64,000 nucleotides of DNA from Pseudomonadota bacterium (GTDB lineage: Bacteria > Pseudomonadota > Gammaproteobacteria > Burkholderiales > Methylophilaceae): the NCBI GenBank assembly GCA_046047035.1, contig JBJOIS010000002.1, positions 1,101 through 65,100 of the forward strand, written 5' to 3'. Shown here piece after piece: positions 40,331 to 50,520 of the stretch (the first letter of the stretch is position 1; each line of letters opens with the position of its first letter). Below the pieces are notes generated by a model. That model saw nothing but the letters and a program-made list of their open reading frames with translations. It searched no databases and was not told the DNA's origin. The position numbers were made by a program, and so were the translations under genes.

Positions 40331-40707
40331 GGTGATTTTTTCTCTGCATCCAAGCCTGTTTTTTTTGTGCTAGTTTTCTTTGCAGATTTTGTGCCTGTTG
40401 GCTTAATGCCCGCGCCACTACGGCGGTTTGGTTGGCCTTTGCCACGCACTTTAGGGGCTTTGACTTTAGGTGGCTTGATTTCAGCATTGGGGTCTATGCT
40501 GATTAATATGCGCTTACCTTCGCACTCGATGATTTGGCCCGGCTTAATCTTTGCTGTTTTACGTAATTCTAGCTCGCCATCTACTTTAACTAAGCCCTCA
40601 GCTACCATGGCTTTGCCTCGTCCACCGCTGTCGGCAAGGTCCACAAGCTTAAGCAAATTGCATAGTTCAACGTATTCAGTATTTATTATAAATTCAATAT
40701 CTTGCAT
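40321..40707 (-). CDS. S4-domain RNA-binding protein (YbcJ-like) with a Lys-rich C-terminal extension
   Basis: The first ~70 aa (…LCNLLKLVDLADSGGRGKAMVAEGLVKVDGELELRKTAKIKPGQIIE) match small YbcJ-type S4 proteins. The remaining ~55 aa are a K/P/G-rich tail. Confidence 0.75.
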   Translation of the reverse strand: MQDIEFIINTEYVELCNLLKLVDLADSGGRGKAMVAEGLVKVDGELELRKTAKIKPGQIIECEGKRILISIDPNAEIKPPKVKAPKVRGKGQPNRRSGAGIKPTGTKSAKKTSTKKTGLDAEKKSPWH

Positions 40708-40757
40708 TATATTTTCTTAAGTAGTAGATGAGGTTTTTTTGTTGTGTTGATGGCTAT

Positions 40758-41690
40758 TTATTCTTGCTGTTTTTTCTTAATGACTTTACCAATGTGCGCC
40801 TCGCCACGTTTTTTTGCTAGCGCTATTTGTTTTTGGCGCTCAGTTACGCTGATACGTTTCTCTTCGGTGAGTTTGTCAAAGCAATGTGGGCATGAGATAC
40901 CAGCGACATATTGTTCGCTTTGCATTTCGGCAGGAGAGAGTGGATGGCGGCAAGCGTGGCACTGATCGTAATCGCCAATCTCTAGGCCGTGTTTCACCGA
41001 AACGCGTTGGTCAAACACAAAGCATTCACCTTCCCATAGGCTTTCTTCTTTTGGGACCTCTTCAAGATACTTGAGGATGCCGCCTTGTAAGTGATAAACC
41101 TCATCAAAGCCTTGCTCCATCATATAGGAGCTGGCTTTTTCACAACGGATACCACCTGTGCAAAACATTGCGACTTTTTTATGTTGCTTGGTGTCTAGGT
41201 TTTTGCTGACGTAATCAGGAAACTCACGGAATGTTGTGGTTTTGGGATCAATGGCGCCCTTGAATGTGCCAATGTCATATTCGTAATCATTGCGGGTATC
41301 AATCAGTATCACATCAGGGTCGGAAATGAGTGCGTTCCAATCTTGAGGTTTTACATAGGTGCCCACCTTGTAATTGGGGTCTATGCCTTTCACGCCTAAA
41401 GTCACAATCTCTTTTTTAAGGCGTACTTTCATGCGGTAAAACGGCATCTTATCGGCGTGCGATTCTTTATGCTCCAAGTCAGCTAGGCGTGGATCTTGTT
41501 TAAGGTGGTGAATAAGCGCATCAATGTCAGCGCGACTGCCAGCGACCGTGCCATTGATGCCTTCTTCAGCAAGTAACAGCGTGCCTTTGATGTTGTGCGC
41601 AACACAAAAATCCAGCAGGCTGGGTTGAATCGATTGATAATCAGTTAGTTTGGCAAACTTATAAAGTGCGGCGACAATAAAATTGGGCAC
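40758..41690 (-). CDS. trhO: Rhodanese-domain tRNA uridine(34) hydroxylase TrhO (YceA/UPF0176)
   Basis: 310 aa. N-terminal VAALYKF, the rhodanese active loop [11 protein letters not shown] and a C-terminal Cys-rich region. Confidence 0.88.
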   Translation of the reverse strand: MPNFIVAALYKFAKLTDYQSIQPSLLDFCVAHNIKGTLLLAEEGINGTVAGSRADIDALIHHLKQDPRLADLEHKESHADKMPFYRMKVRLKKEIVTLGVKGIDPNYKVGTYVKPQDWNALISDPDVILIDTRNDYEYDIGTFKGAIDPKTTTFREFPDYVSKNLDTKQHKKVAMFCTGGIRCEKASSYMMEQGFDEVYHLQGGILKYLEEVPKEESLWEGECFVFDQRVSVKHGLEIGDYDQCHACRHPLSPAEMQSEQYVAGISCPHCFDKLTEEKRISVTERQKQIALAKKRGEAHIGKVIKKKQQE

Positions 41691-41747
41691 AAGATTCTTT
41701 CTTGGGTTGCTACATAAACAAGGTCGCTATGATAAGCCATGCCGGGC

Positions 41748-42365
41748 TTATTTTCTACGCAAATTGATGTGGTTGCTAATTAAGTCTGCGGCTTGAGCGC
41801 GATAGTGTTTATTATCTAAGTCTTTGACCCATAAATGAATGAGTCCGCTAAAAAACAAATGCGTGTCCATTGCAAGGATGGCAGGGGAGTCGGTATGCTT
41901 TAGCTGGCCTTTGGTTTTTGCGCGCTCGTAAAGTTGTTCGATTTTTTTAGCAATGCGCTCGCAGTTACATAATGTTTGCTCGAGCACAGCTGATAGCTCT
42001 TCTACGTATTCACATTTCACCATCATTATTTCGAAGGTTTGACGTGTATCAGACGACTCATTGAGTGCATCAATGGTGCCGCTAAGAAACATGCCGATTT
42101 GACCTAGCGGGTCATCGTTACTTTCAACCAGAAGACTTTCATCCATTCTGTCTATGAGCGGAAGAAGAACTTGTTCTCGTAGGGCGCTAAAAAGCGCTGT
42201 CTTGTTGCTAAAGTGCCAATAGATAGCGCCTCTTGTAACCCCAGCCTGTGCGGCGATCTGCTCCATGCTCGTTCTGCTTACTCCGCGCGATAAAAATACC
42301 TCGCGCGCCGCATCAATAATGCGCTGCCTTGTTATTTCTGCATTTTCTTTGGTTTGTCTAACCAC
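41748..42365 (-). CDS. TetR/AcrR family transcriptional repressor
   Basis: 205 aa (GTG start). N-terminal HTH …RQRIIDAAREVFLSRGVSRTSMEQIAAQAGVTRGAIYWHFSNK. It is divergent from an RND efflux operon. Confidence 0.92.
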   Translation of the reverse strand: MVRQTKENAEITRQRIIDAAREVFLSRGVSRTSMEQIAAQAGVTRGAIYWHFSNKTALFSALREQVLLPLIDRMDESLLVESNDDPLGQIGMFLSGTIDALNESSDTRQTFEIMMVKCEYVEELSAVLEQTLCNCERIAKKIEQLYERAKTKGQLKHTDSPAILAMDTHLFFSGLIHLWVKDLDNKHYRAQAADLISNHINLRRK

Positions 42366-42476
42366 AGCTTGTCGTTTCCAATTTAAGAGCCATATTTTTT
42401 AATATTAACCCTTTGTAAATCATGGTGTTTTAATCGCTTAAAACACGTTTACATACGGGCTTGTTTCTATATAATA

Positions 42477-42496
42477 TACATACAACTTTGTATGTA
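42477..42496. promoter_or_regulatory. Putative TetR/AcrR operator palindrome in the divergent promoter region
   Basis: TACATACA-actt-TGTATGTA: perfect 8-bp inverted arms. It lies just downstream of a TATAAT at 42470-42475. An extra half-site-like GTTTACATAC is at 42447-42456. Confidence 0.65.
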
Positions 42497-42542
42497 AACA
42501 AGCATTATCTGAATTAATCCTTTAAAAGACATGGAGTTAACA

Positions 42543-43736
42543 ATGCCAACCTTATTTCTAAAAGACAGCGCTAAATCAAGTGTTTCGCATTTCCTCATGA
42601 TTTGCGTAGTAGCAAGCTTGGGATTGGTTGCCTGTGGCAAAAAAGAAGAGGCCGCGCCGCAGGGTGCCGGCATGGTTATGCCTGTGAGTGTGATTTCAGT
42701 AAAATCAACTAGCGTGCCGATTACCGCTGAAGCTGTGGCGCAAACGGAAGGCGCAAAAGAAGTAGAAATTCGCCCGCGTGTTGGCGGTATTTTATTAAAG
42801 CGTATGTATGAGGAAGGTGCTTCAGTAAAAGCAGGTCAAACCATGTTTTTGATTGATCCAGCGCCATACCAAATTGCTTTGCAACAAGCTAAAGCTGCTT
42901 ATTCAGCTCAACAAGCAAGAGTTGAGCAAACAGCGCGTGAGGAATCGCGTTTGCGCGGTTTGTTGACGAGCCAATCAATCAGTCAGCGCGAATACGACAA
43001 CGCCACCAGTGATAAGGCAACTTCAGTCGCCAATCTTCAACAAGCATTAGCAAACGTGAGAGAGGCGGAGCTCAACCTTTCATACACTAATGTGACTTCG
43101 CCATTAACAGGCGTTTCTGGTCGTTTCCAATTTTCCGAGGGTGCATTGGTTGCGCCTAATACAAGCTTATTAACAACGGTTTCTCAAATTTCTCCGATTT
43201 GGGTGCGCTTTAGTTTGTCTGACAGTGAAATTAAAGCGCTAGGCGGCCATTTAACAGAGAAAAATGTAAAAGAGGTTGCGCTAATTTTGCCTGATGGCAC
43301 TGAATACAAACAAAAAGGTAAGCTTAACTTTTCGGCTAGCCAAATCGATCCTAAATTAGGCACGCAACAATTGAGAGCGACCTTCGAGAATGGTGACCAT
43401 CAATTATTGCCGGGTCAATTTGTTAGGGCGCGCATTAAAACGGGTGTTCGTAATGGTGTATTTCTTATTCCGCAAACCTCTGTATTAACAGGCGATCAAG
43501 GCAGGTTTGTATTCGTAGCGGATAAAGATAAAGACGGTAAAGTTGTTGCTGCTGTTCGCCCAATTAAAGAGGGTGGTTGGCTCGGTAATGATTGGGTAGT
43601 GCTTGAGGGGCTAAAGGAAGGCGACCAAGTAATTGCGGATAACTTAATTAAAGTACGTCCTGGTGCGCCTGTGAATCCCCATCCATTTGGCACTGCACCA
43701 GCAATGCCTGCAGCTAATCCTACTAAAGCTAAGTAA
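42543..43736 (+). CDS. RND efflux periplasmic adaptor (membrane fusion protein, AcrA/MexA-like)
   Basis: 397 aa from the ATG at 42543 (GGAG 6 nt upstream). It has a lipobox LGLVAC and the coiled-coil/lipoyl/beta-barrel pattern of HlyD_D23-type MFPs. The tracked start is 42531. Confidence 0.92.
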   Translation: MPTLFLKDSAKSSVSHFLMICVVASLGLVACGKKEEAAPQGAGMVMPVSVISVKSTSVPITAEAVAQTEGAKEVEIRPRVGGILLKRMYEEGASVKAGQTMFLIDPAPYQIALQQAKAAYSAQQARVEQTAREESRLRGLLTSQSISQREYDNATSDKATSVANLQQALANVREAELNLSYTNVTSPLTGVSGRFQFSEGALVAPNTSLLTTVSQISPIWVRFSLSDSEIKALGGHLTEKNVKEVALILPDGTEYKQKGKLNFSASQIDPKLGTQQLRATFENGDHQLLPGQFVRARIKTGVRNGVFLIPQTSVLTGDQGRFVFVADKDKDGKVVAAVRPIKEGGWLGNDWVVLEGLKEGDQVIADNLIKVRPGAPVNPHPFGTAPAMPAANPTKAK

Positions 43737-43742
43737 TCGAAT

Positions 43743-46700
43743 ATGAAAAACTTCACACGATTTTTTATTACGAGGCCAATTTTTGCCTCGGTGTTATCTA
43801 TCATAATTGTGCTGTCTGGCTTAGCCGCCGCATTTAAACTGCCAATTGCACAATATCCACAAATCGCACCGCCAACGGTGACGATTACTGCGGTTTACCC
43901 TGGCGCAAGTGCTGATACATTATCTAAGACCGTTGCTGCGCCTATTGAGGAGCAGTTAAGCGGCGTTGATAACTTGCTTTATTTTAACTCTAGCGCTGAC
44001 TCCAGCGGTACCTTGGTCATTACAGCCACTTTTGAGATTGGCACCAACGTTGACCAAGCAACATTTAACGTTAGCAACCGCGTCAATATTGCAACGCCTC
44101 GTTTACCTGATGAAGTGCGTCGTAACGGCTTAATCGTTCAAAAGAAATCGAATGATATTTTGCTAGTAGTGATGCTCACCTCGAAAAATAAAGAACACAA
44201 CCGTTTATTCTTAAGTAACTACGCGACGCTGAATGTTATGGATGAAATGAAGCGCGTTAAAGGCGTCGGTGATGCAGCAATCTTCGGTGGGCAAGATTAC
44301 TCTATGCGTGTTTGGCTTCGTCCAGATCGCATGGCGCAACTTGGTGTGAGTACAACAGACATATCCAATGCGATTACTGCGCAAAATAATCAATATGCGG
44401 CAGGTAAGATAGGCCAAGAGCCAGCGACATCTTCTCAGCAGTTGGTTTATACCGTCACAGCAAAAGGCCGTTTGATTGACCCCGAACAGTTTGGCAATGT
44501 GATTATCAAGGCTGATGGACCTAATGGTGTTCTATATCTTAAAGACGTTGCACGTATTGAGCTAGGCGCTCAAAACTACAACGTAGCTTCAACGCTTGAT
44601 GGCACACCAGGTGTTGCGATCCCTATCTTTTTACAAACAGGTGCCAATGCGCTTGATACCGCTAAAAACATCAAGATAAAGATGGAAGAACTCAAGGCTG
44701 AATTCCCAGCGGGCATGCAATACAGCATTCCTTACGATACGAGTGACTTTGTGAAGGCGACCATTAGTGAGGTGTTCCATACTTTTGCTGAAGCTTTGAT
44801 ATTGGTGGTGTTGGTGGTGTTCTTGTTCTTGCAAAGCTGGCGTGCCACGCTTATTCCTATTATTGCAGTGCCTATTTCTTTAATCGGAACTTTTGCTGGA
44901 CTTTATCTGTTTGGCTTCTCGATTAATTTGCTGACCTTATTTGCGATGATTTTGGCGATTGGTATCGTGGTCGATGATGCGATTGTTGTGCTCGAGAATA
45001 CCGAACGCTTGATGACAGAAGAGAATATGGCGCCATTGCCCGCTGCTATTAAATCGATTAGTCAGGTGTCTGCGGCAGTTGTGGCGATTGTGCTCGTGCT
45101 TTGCGCCGTGTTTGTGCCAGTTGCATTCCAAGGTGGTATTGCTGGCGAGCTATATAGACAATTCGCGGTAACAGTAGCGATTGCTGTGGTTATTTCAGGC
45201 ATTGTTGCGCTGACACTTACACCAGCACTTTGCGCCATGATTTTGAAGAAATCAAATACTGAAAATGCTTTTTTTAGAAAATTCAATCATGGCTTCGGTC
45301 GCATGACTAATTTCTACACTGGCACCGTAAGCAAAACGCTTAAGCATAAAGTGGTTGGTGGTTTGGTTTTCGCTGTGATTGTGGCAATCGTTGCTGTGTT
45401 GTTTAGACAGGTACCAGGTAGCTTTGTACCTGCTGAAGATCAAGGCTATGTGGTGACTGTCGTTATCATGCCTGATGGCGCGACATTAAGTCGCACATCT
45501 AAAACAACAGAAGCTATTAGATCTGCGATAGCGCACGATCCAGCAGTGGCGCATGAGTTTGCGGTGAATGGTTTTGAATTGCTCACAGGTGCAAATAAAA
45601 CGAACTCTGCGACTATGTTTGTGCGCCTCAAGGATTGGAAAGAGCGCGAAACAAGTGCGACTGATATTGTGGGTAAGTTGTTCGGCATTGGCATGAGTCA
45701 GCCAGATGGTTTGGCGATAGCCGTTAATCCACCCGCGATTCGCGGTTTAGGCTCTGCTGGCGGATTTGAAGTGTATGTGCAAAGTCAGCGCGATACTGAC
45801 CCGATCAAGCTTGCAGCTGTTATGAATGGCTTTATTGATGCAATGCGTGCTGAGCCAACATTAACAGGCTTAAATTCATTCTTTCGTCCCACAGTTCCAC
45901 AGCTTTTAATTGAAGTGGACGAGGCGAAAGCGCTTTCACAAGGTGTTCGTATTGCGGATATTTATGCAACCTTACAAAGTACGATGGGCGCTTTTTATGT
46001 GAACGACTTTAACCGCAATGGCCGTACATACAGGGTTCAATTGCAAGCAGAGCCTGAGTTCCGTATGAATCCCGAAGACTTGGGTAAGGTATATGTGCGT
46101 AGTCAAGGCGGCAATATGATTCCACTTTCAGCTTTGAGCAAGGTTAGCAATATTGTTGGTGCAGAGCAGTTGGAGCGATATAACGGCTTGCTCTCTGCCA
46201 AAGTGTTTGGCAGTGGTGCGCCAGGCGTGAGTTCTGGCGATGCGATTAAAACAGTTGAGCGGATCGCTAAGGAAAACTTACCAGATGGCTACAAAATCGC
46301 TTGGACAGGCCAGGCCTACCAAGAGAAGCGCACTGGTTCTGCAGCACTGTTTGCTTTTGGCTTCGCTATTATTATGGTGTTCTTGATTTTGGCAGCACAG
46401 TTCGAAACATGGGCTTTACCTTTGGCAGTAATTATGGCAGTGCCGTTTGCGCTTGCAGGTGCGCTGTTAGCGGTTCTTCTGCGCGGTATGCCGAATGACA
46501 TTTACTTCCAAATCGGTTTAATTACCTTGATCGGCTTGGCGGCGAAAAATGCGATTCTGATTGTGGAATTTGCTGAGCAAAAAATGGAAGAGGGGATGCC
46601 GGTTGCACAAGCTGCGCTAGAAGCTGCTAGATTGCGTTTTAGACCGATTGTGATGACTTCGATGGCTTTTGTACTTGGTATCTTGCCATTGGTTGTTGCG

Positions 46701-46880
46701 ACAGGTGCTGGTGCTGCAGCGCGCCGTTCTATGGGAACGGGCGTATTTGGCGGCATGATACTAGCCACTTTTATTGCCACTATTTTTATTCCTCTGTTCT
46801 TTACATGGCTAAGCGGCAAACACGTTAGACAGCATGGCCATGTTGGTAACGAAGAATCTCAAGAGAAAGAAGTCCAATGA
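43743..46880 (+). CDS. RND multidrug efflux permease (AcrB/MexB family)
   Basis: 1045 aa with the 12-TM architecture. FFITRPIFA N-terminus, and VDDAIVVLEN and AAKNAILIVEFA motifs. Confidence 0.96.
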   Translation: MKNFTRFFITRPIFASVLSIIIVLSGLAAAFKLPIAQYPQIAPPTVTITAVYPGASADTLSKTVAAPIEEQLSGVDNLLYFNSSADSSGTLVITATFEIGTNVDQATFNVSNRVNIATPRLPDEVRRNGLIVQKKSNDILLVVMLTSKNKEHNRLFLSNYATLNVMDEMKRVKGVGDAAIFGGQDYSMRVWLRPDRMAQLGVSTTDISNAITAQNNQYAAGKIGQEPATSSQQLVYTVTAKGRLIDPEQFGNVIIKADGPNGVLYLKDVARIELGAQNYNVASTLDGTPGVAIPIFLQTGANALDTAKNIKIKMEELKAEFPAGMQYSIPYDTSDFVKATISEVFHTFAEALILVVLVVFLFLQSWRATLIPIIAVPISLIGTFAGLYLFGFSINLLTLFAMILAIGIVVDDAIVVLENTERLMTEENMAPLPAAIKSISQVSAAVVAIVLVLCAVFVPVAFQGGIAGELYRQFAVTVAIAVVISGIVALTLTPALCAMILKKSNTENAFFRKFNHGFGRMTNFYTGTVSKTLKHKVVGGLVFAVIVAIVAVLFRQVPGSFVPAEDQGYVVTVVIMPDGATLSRTSKTTEAIRSAIAHDPAVAHEFAVNGFELLTGANKTNSATMFVRLKDWKERETSATDIVGKLFGIGMSQPDGLAIAVNPPAIRGLGSAGGFEVYVQSQRDTDPIKLAAVMNGFIDAMRAEPTLTGLNSFFRPTVPQLLIEVDEAKALSQGVRIADIYATLQSTMGAFYVNDFNRNGRTYRVQLQAEPEFRMNPEDLGKVYVRSQGGNMIPLSALSKVSNIVGAEQLERYNGLLSAKVFGSGAPGVSSGDAIKTVERIAKENLPDGYKIAWTGQAYQEKRTGSAALFAFGFAIIMVFLILAAQFETWALPLAVIMAVPFALAGALLAVLLRGMPNDIYFQIGLITLIGLAAKNAILIVEFAEQKMEEGMPVAQAALEAARLRFRPIVMTSMAFVLGILPLVVATGAGAAARRSMGTGVFGGMILATFIATIFIPLFFTWLSGKHVRQHGHVGNEESQEKEVQ

Positions 46881-48295
46881 AATTAAAACAGTTAATTAGA
46901 TTGTCTGTCGCACTACCAGCATTGAGCTTGGTTGCTTGTCAGATGCTAGGCCCTGATTATTTTAGACCTAAGCAAGCTTTGCCTGCTAGCTATCAAGAAG
47001 CACAAGCGACTGATGCTGCAGCGACAATTAGCAATCAATGGTGGACGCTTTATAACGACGAAGTGCTTAATGACTTGATTTCAAAAGCCAGCAAAAACAA
47101 TACCGACCTCAAAATTGCGGTGGCACGTATTGAAGAGGCTGATGGCTATATGCGTGAGGTTGGCGCAGCCTTATTTCCTCAAGTGAATGTGGACTCAAGC
47201 GCAAGTCGCTATAAAGTCACCGAGTTAGGTGCAACCCCCTTGTTTAACGGCATGAGCCCAACAAGAAGTAACTACAACGTAAAATTAAGCACGACATTTG
47301 AATTGGATTTTTGGGGCAAATTGCGCCGTGCGCAAGAGTCAGCCAAAGCACAAGCTTTAGCGTCAAGGTTCGCTAAAGATACGGTTGATTTGTCGCTTAA
47401 AAGCTTAGTGACTGGGGACTATTTGTTGCTACGCAGTTTGGAAGCGCAAATTGAGATCTCTAAAGCGAACATGAAAAGTCGTGAAGATAGCCTTGCATTA
47501 ACTCAGCGTCGCTTAGAAGGTGGTGTATCTTCAGCACTAGATGTGCATCAGGCTGAAGTGGCTTACAACAACCTTAAAGCACAGTTGGCTGATTTAACAC
47601 GCCAGCGGGCCATTATTGCGCATCAGTTGGCCGTGCTCACAGGTGATTTAGATTTAAAGATTGCGGCAGGAGACATTAAGTCTTTACCTGTCCCGCCTGT
47701 GCCACCCGTTGGCTTGCCTTCAACACTATTGGAGGCGCGTCCTGATGTGCGCCAAGCGGAGCAGAACTTAATCGCCGCTAATGCCAAAATCGGGGTGGCT
47801 AAAGCCGCTTTATTCCCAACCATTTCGCTTACCGCTGGTTTTGGTGGTGAAAGCAAAGATTTGGGTGACGTATTGAAATCTGCTGCTAGAATTTGGAATG
47901 GCGGCTTGAGTTTAAATCTTCCGGTGTTCGATTCTGGTCGTTTAAGTTCAAAGGTGGATCAAGCGTCGGCAGCGCAAAAGCAATTGCTGGGGAGTTATGA
48001 GCGTGCGGTGCAAAATGCATTTACTGAAGTGAATGATGCTTTGGTGAATGTACGCCAAAACACAGAGCGTGAAACAGCGCTTAACGCAAGTCAGTCATCT
48101 GCTAGCAAAGCTCTGGAAATTGCAAACAATCGATATAAATCAGGCTACACAGGCTATTTGGAAGTGCTTGATGCGCAGCGCGTTTTTAACGATGCTTCAT
48201 TAGCTTATGTGCAAAGTCGCCAAGCAAGGCTGACTTCAACAGTTGAGTTGTTTAAAGCGCTCGGCGGCGGTTGGGTCGCAGTAGCGGTAAAATAA
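46877..48295 (+). CDS. Efflux outer membrane factor lipoprotein (NodT/OprM family)
   Basis: 472 aa. Lipobox SLVAC and two OEP repeats. It overlaps the RND gene stop by 4 nt. Confidence 0.93.
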   Translation: MKLKQLIRLSVALPALSLVACQMLGPDYFRPKQALPASYQEAQATDAAATISNQWWTLYNDEVLNDLISKASKNNTDLKIAVARIEEADGYMREVGAALFPQVNVDSSASRYKVTELGATPLFNGMSPTRSNYNVKLSTTFELDFWGKLRRAQESAKAQALASRFAKDTVDLSLKSLVTGDYLLLRSLEAQIEISKANMKSREDSLALTQRRLEGGVSSALDVHQAEVAYNNLKAQLADLTRQRAIIAHQLAVLTGDLDLKIAAGDIKSLPVPPVPPVGLPSTLLEARPDVRQAEQNLIAANAKIGVAKAALFPTISLTAGFGGESKDLGDVLKSAARIWNGGLSLNLPVFDSGRLSSKVDQASAAQKQLLGSYERAVQNAFTEVNDALVNVRQNTERETALNASQSSASKALEIANNRYKSGYTGYLEVLDAQRVFNDASLAYVQSRQARLTSTVELFKALGGGWVAVAVK

Positions 48296-48565
48296 TTACT
48301 TCTTGAGTATTTGCTGAATTTTTAGTGCGAGTACGATGGCTGAAAGGACTAAAGTAATAGCGTTGGCGATAATCACAGGCATGCTATGGATAGTTAATCC
48401 ATAAAAGAACCAAAGCGCTACGCCTGTGTTGAAAAGGCTATACATCGGCAATGAGATGCCTTCAAGGTTGCGCGTTTTCCATGATTGATAAGCTTGTGGC
48501 GCAAAAGCAATGGTTGTGAGGAAGGCAGCGCTGTAGCCGAGGATGTTGCTTAAGTCTTGAGGCAT
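48296..48565 (-). CDS. SemiSWEET (PQ-loop/MtN3-like) three-helix transporter
   Basis: 89 aa from the ATG at 48565. It has a PQ motif (FAPQAYQSWKTR) and three TM helices. The tracked ORF extends to 48691 without support. Confidence 0.7.
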   Translation of the reverse strand: MPQDLSNILGYSAAFLTTIAFAPQAYQSWKTRNLEGISLPMYSLFNTGVALWFFYGLTIHSMPVIIANAITLVLSAIVLALKIQQILKK

Positions 48566-48732
48566 ATTGTTCTTACACTGTTTTAAATGAGCACAGATTA
48601 AATCATGAGTCGTTAAATCACGGCTAGACTTTTTTGGCCAAACAACTTGTCTTTGCTTCATCCTCCAAGGCTGGCATGATAAAATCTGCAATAAATCTTA
48701 ATCATTGAATTTAAGCAAAGATAATTAAAATA

Positions 48733-50127
48733 ATGACTGTTCGTACCCGATTTGCCCCTAGTCCTACCGGTTTCTTACATATTGGCGGCGCACGTACCGC
48801 CTTATTCTCTTGGGCTTACGCCCGCAAACACAAAGGTCAGTTCATTCTTCGTATCGAAGATACCGATGTGGCACGCTCAACCCCTGAAGCAGTACAAGCG
48901 ATTTTAGATGGTATGTCATGGTTAGGTTTGGAGTGGGATGAGGGTCCTTTCTATCAAATGCAGCGCATGGATAGGTACAAAGAAATCATCCAAAAAATGC
49001 TAACTGAAGGTCATGCTTACCTTTGTTACTCAAGCAAAGAAGAGTTAGATGCTTTGCGTGAGCGTCAGATGCAAGAGGGCGTAAAGCCTCGCTACGATGG
49101 TCGCTGGAGACCTGAAGAGGGTAAGGCGCTTCCAGAAGTGCCTGCTGGAGTGAGCCCTGTTGTGCGCTTTAAAAACCCCAAAACAGGCTTGGTCGAATGG
49201 AATGATATGGTGAAAGGCCATATTGCCATTTCAAACGAAGAGCTAGATGATTTGATTATTGCTCGCGGTGACGGCACGCCCACTTACAACTTTTGTGTGG
49301 TGGTCGATGACTGGGAGATGGGCATTACCCAAGTGATTCGTGGTGATGACCATGTGAATAACACACCTCGCCAAATCAATATGCTTAAAGCGCTAGGTGC
49401 GACCATTCCTCAGTATGCCCACTTGTCCATGATTTTGGGTGACGATGGTCAAAAGCTATCTAAACGACACGGCGCTGTAAGTGTGATGCAATATGACGAA
49501 GACGGCTACTTACCTGAAGCTGTATTGAATTATCTTGCTCGCTTGGGCTGGTCTCATGGCGATGATGAAATTTTTAGCATGGAACAATTCTGCGAGTGGT
49601 TCGATTTGGACCATATTACGCCATCAGCAGCGCAATTTAACACTGAAAAATTAAACTGGATTAATGCCCATTACATTAAGCAAGCGGACTTAGTAGTATT
49701 AGCTACTGACATTCAAAAACGTCTTTTAGCCAAAGGCATCAAAACTGAAGGCGGTCCAGATTTGAATGGTGTGATTGCGCTTTATCGTGATCGTGCAAAT
49801 ACCCTAAACGATTTAGCTGCAAGCATTGAATACTTCTACAGCCAGCCAGCTCTAGATGCAGCAGCGGCAGAAAAGCACTTAACAGCAGACATTATGCCGA
49901 TCATGAAAGCGATGCTTGCTGAATTGGCTGATGCTGAGTGGACAATTGAAGCGATTCATTATGTGGTTGAGCAAACAGTCGTCAAAAATGAATTGAAGTT
50001 CCCTAAAGTTGCAATGCCACTTCGTGTAATGATCACAGGTGGCGGTCAATCCCCAAGTGTTGATGCGGTGATGCATTTGTTAGGCAAGGAAGAAACGCTG
50101 AAGCGCATATCGGCATTTTGTGCTTAA
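48733..50127 (+). CDS. gltX: Glutamate--tRNA ligase
   Basis: 464 aa. [17 protein letters not shown] (HIGH) and KLSKR (KMSKS) motifs. Confidence 0.96.
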   Translation: MTVRTRFAPSPTGFLHIGGARTALFSWAYARKHKGQFILRIEDTDVARSTPEAVQAILDGMSWLGLEWDEGPFYQMQRMDRYKEIIQKMLTEGHAYLCYSSKEELDALRERQMQEGVKPRYDGRWRPEEGKALPEVPAGVSPVVRFKNPKTGLVEWNDMVKGHIAISNEELDDLIIARGDGTPTYNFCVVVDDWEMGITQVIRGDDHVNNTPRQINMLKALGATIPQYAHLSMILGDDGQKLSKRHGAVSVMQYDEDGYLPEAVLNYLARLGWSHGDDEIFSMEQFCEWFDLDHITPSAAQFNTEKLNWINAHYIKQADLVVLATDIQKRLLAKGIKTEGGPDLNGVIALYRDRANTLNDLAASIEYFYSQPALDAAAAEKHLTADIMPIMKAMLAELADAEWTIEAIHYVVEQTVVKNELKFPKVAMPLRVMITGGGQSPSVDAVMHLLGKEETLKRISAFCA

Positions 50128-50226
50128 ACATATTTGAATGTAATGAGAACGAACGGCATATACTGATAGTCATAGTAATACGGCTTTATTTATTATTAAT
50201 TTAATTACCAAGAAAAAGGTGAAACC

Positions 50227-50463
50227 ATGAATCCTAAAGGGCAGTTGTTACAAGACCCATTTTTAAATGCTTTGCGCAAGGAACATGTGCCAGTCTCAAT
50301 TTATCTCGTGAATGGCATCAAGTTACAAGGGCAAGTTGATTCATTTGACCAATATGTCATCTTGTTGAAAAACACTGTGACACAAATGGTCTATAAACAC
50401 GCAATTTCTACGATTGTTCCAGGCCGTGCAGTGACTATCCCACATGGGGCAGATGAAGAATAA
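50227..50463 (+). CDS. hfq: RNA chaperone Hfq
   Basis: 78 aa. [32 protein letters not shown]…[10 protein letters not shown] is the canonical Sm1/Sm2 sequence. Confidence 0.98.
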   Translation: MNPKGQLLQDPFLNALRKEHVPVSIYLVNGIKLQGQVDSFDQYVILLKNTVTQMVYKHAISTIVPGRAVTIPHGADEE

Positions 50464-50520
50464 TCTAGGTGTTTAAAGTTTTTGTATTAATGATCATTTC
50501 TTTGAAGATGTTGTCTTGTA

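Noticed and set aside
48566-48691. An upstream 42-codon extension of the SemiSWEET ORF.
   Set aside because: The extension is hydrophilic and has no family resemblance. SemiSWEETs are about 85-95 aa, and the internal ATG at 48565 gives exactly the three-helix unit.
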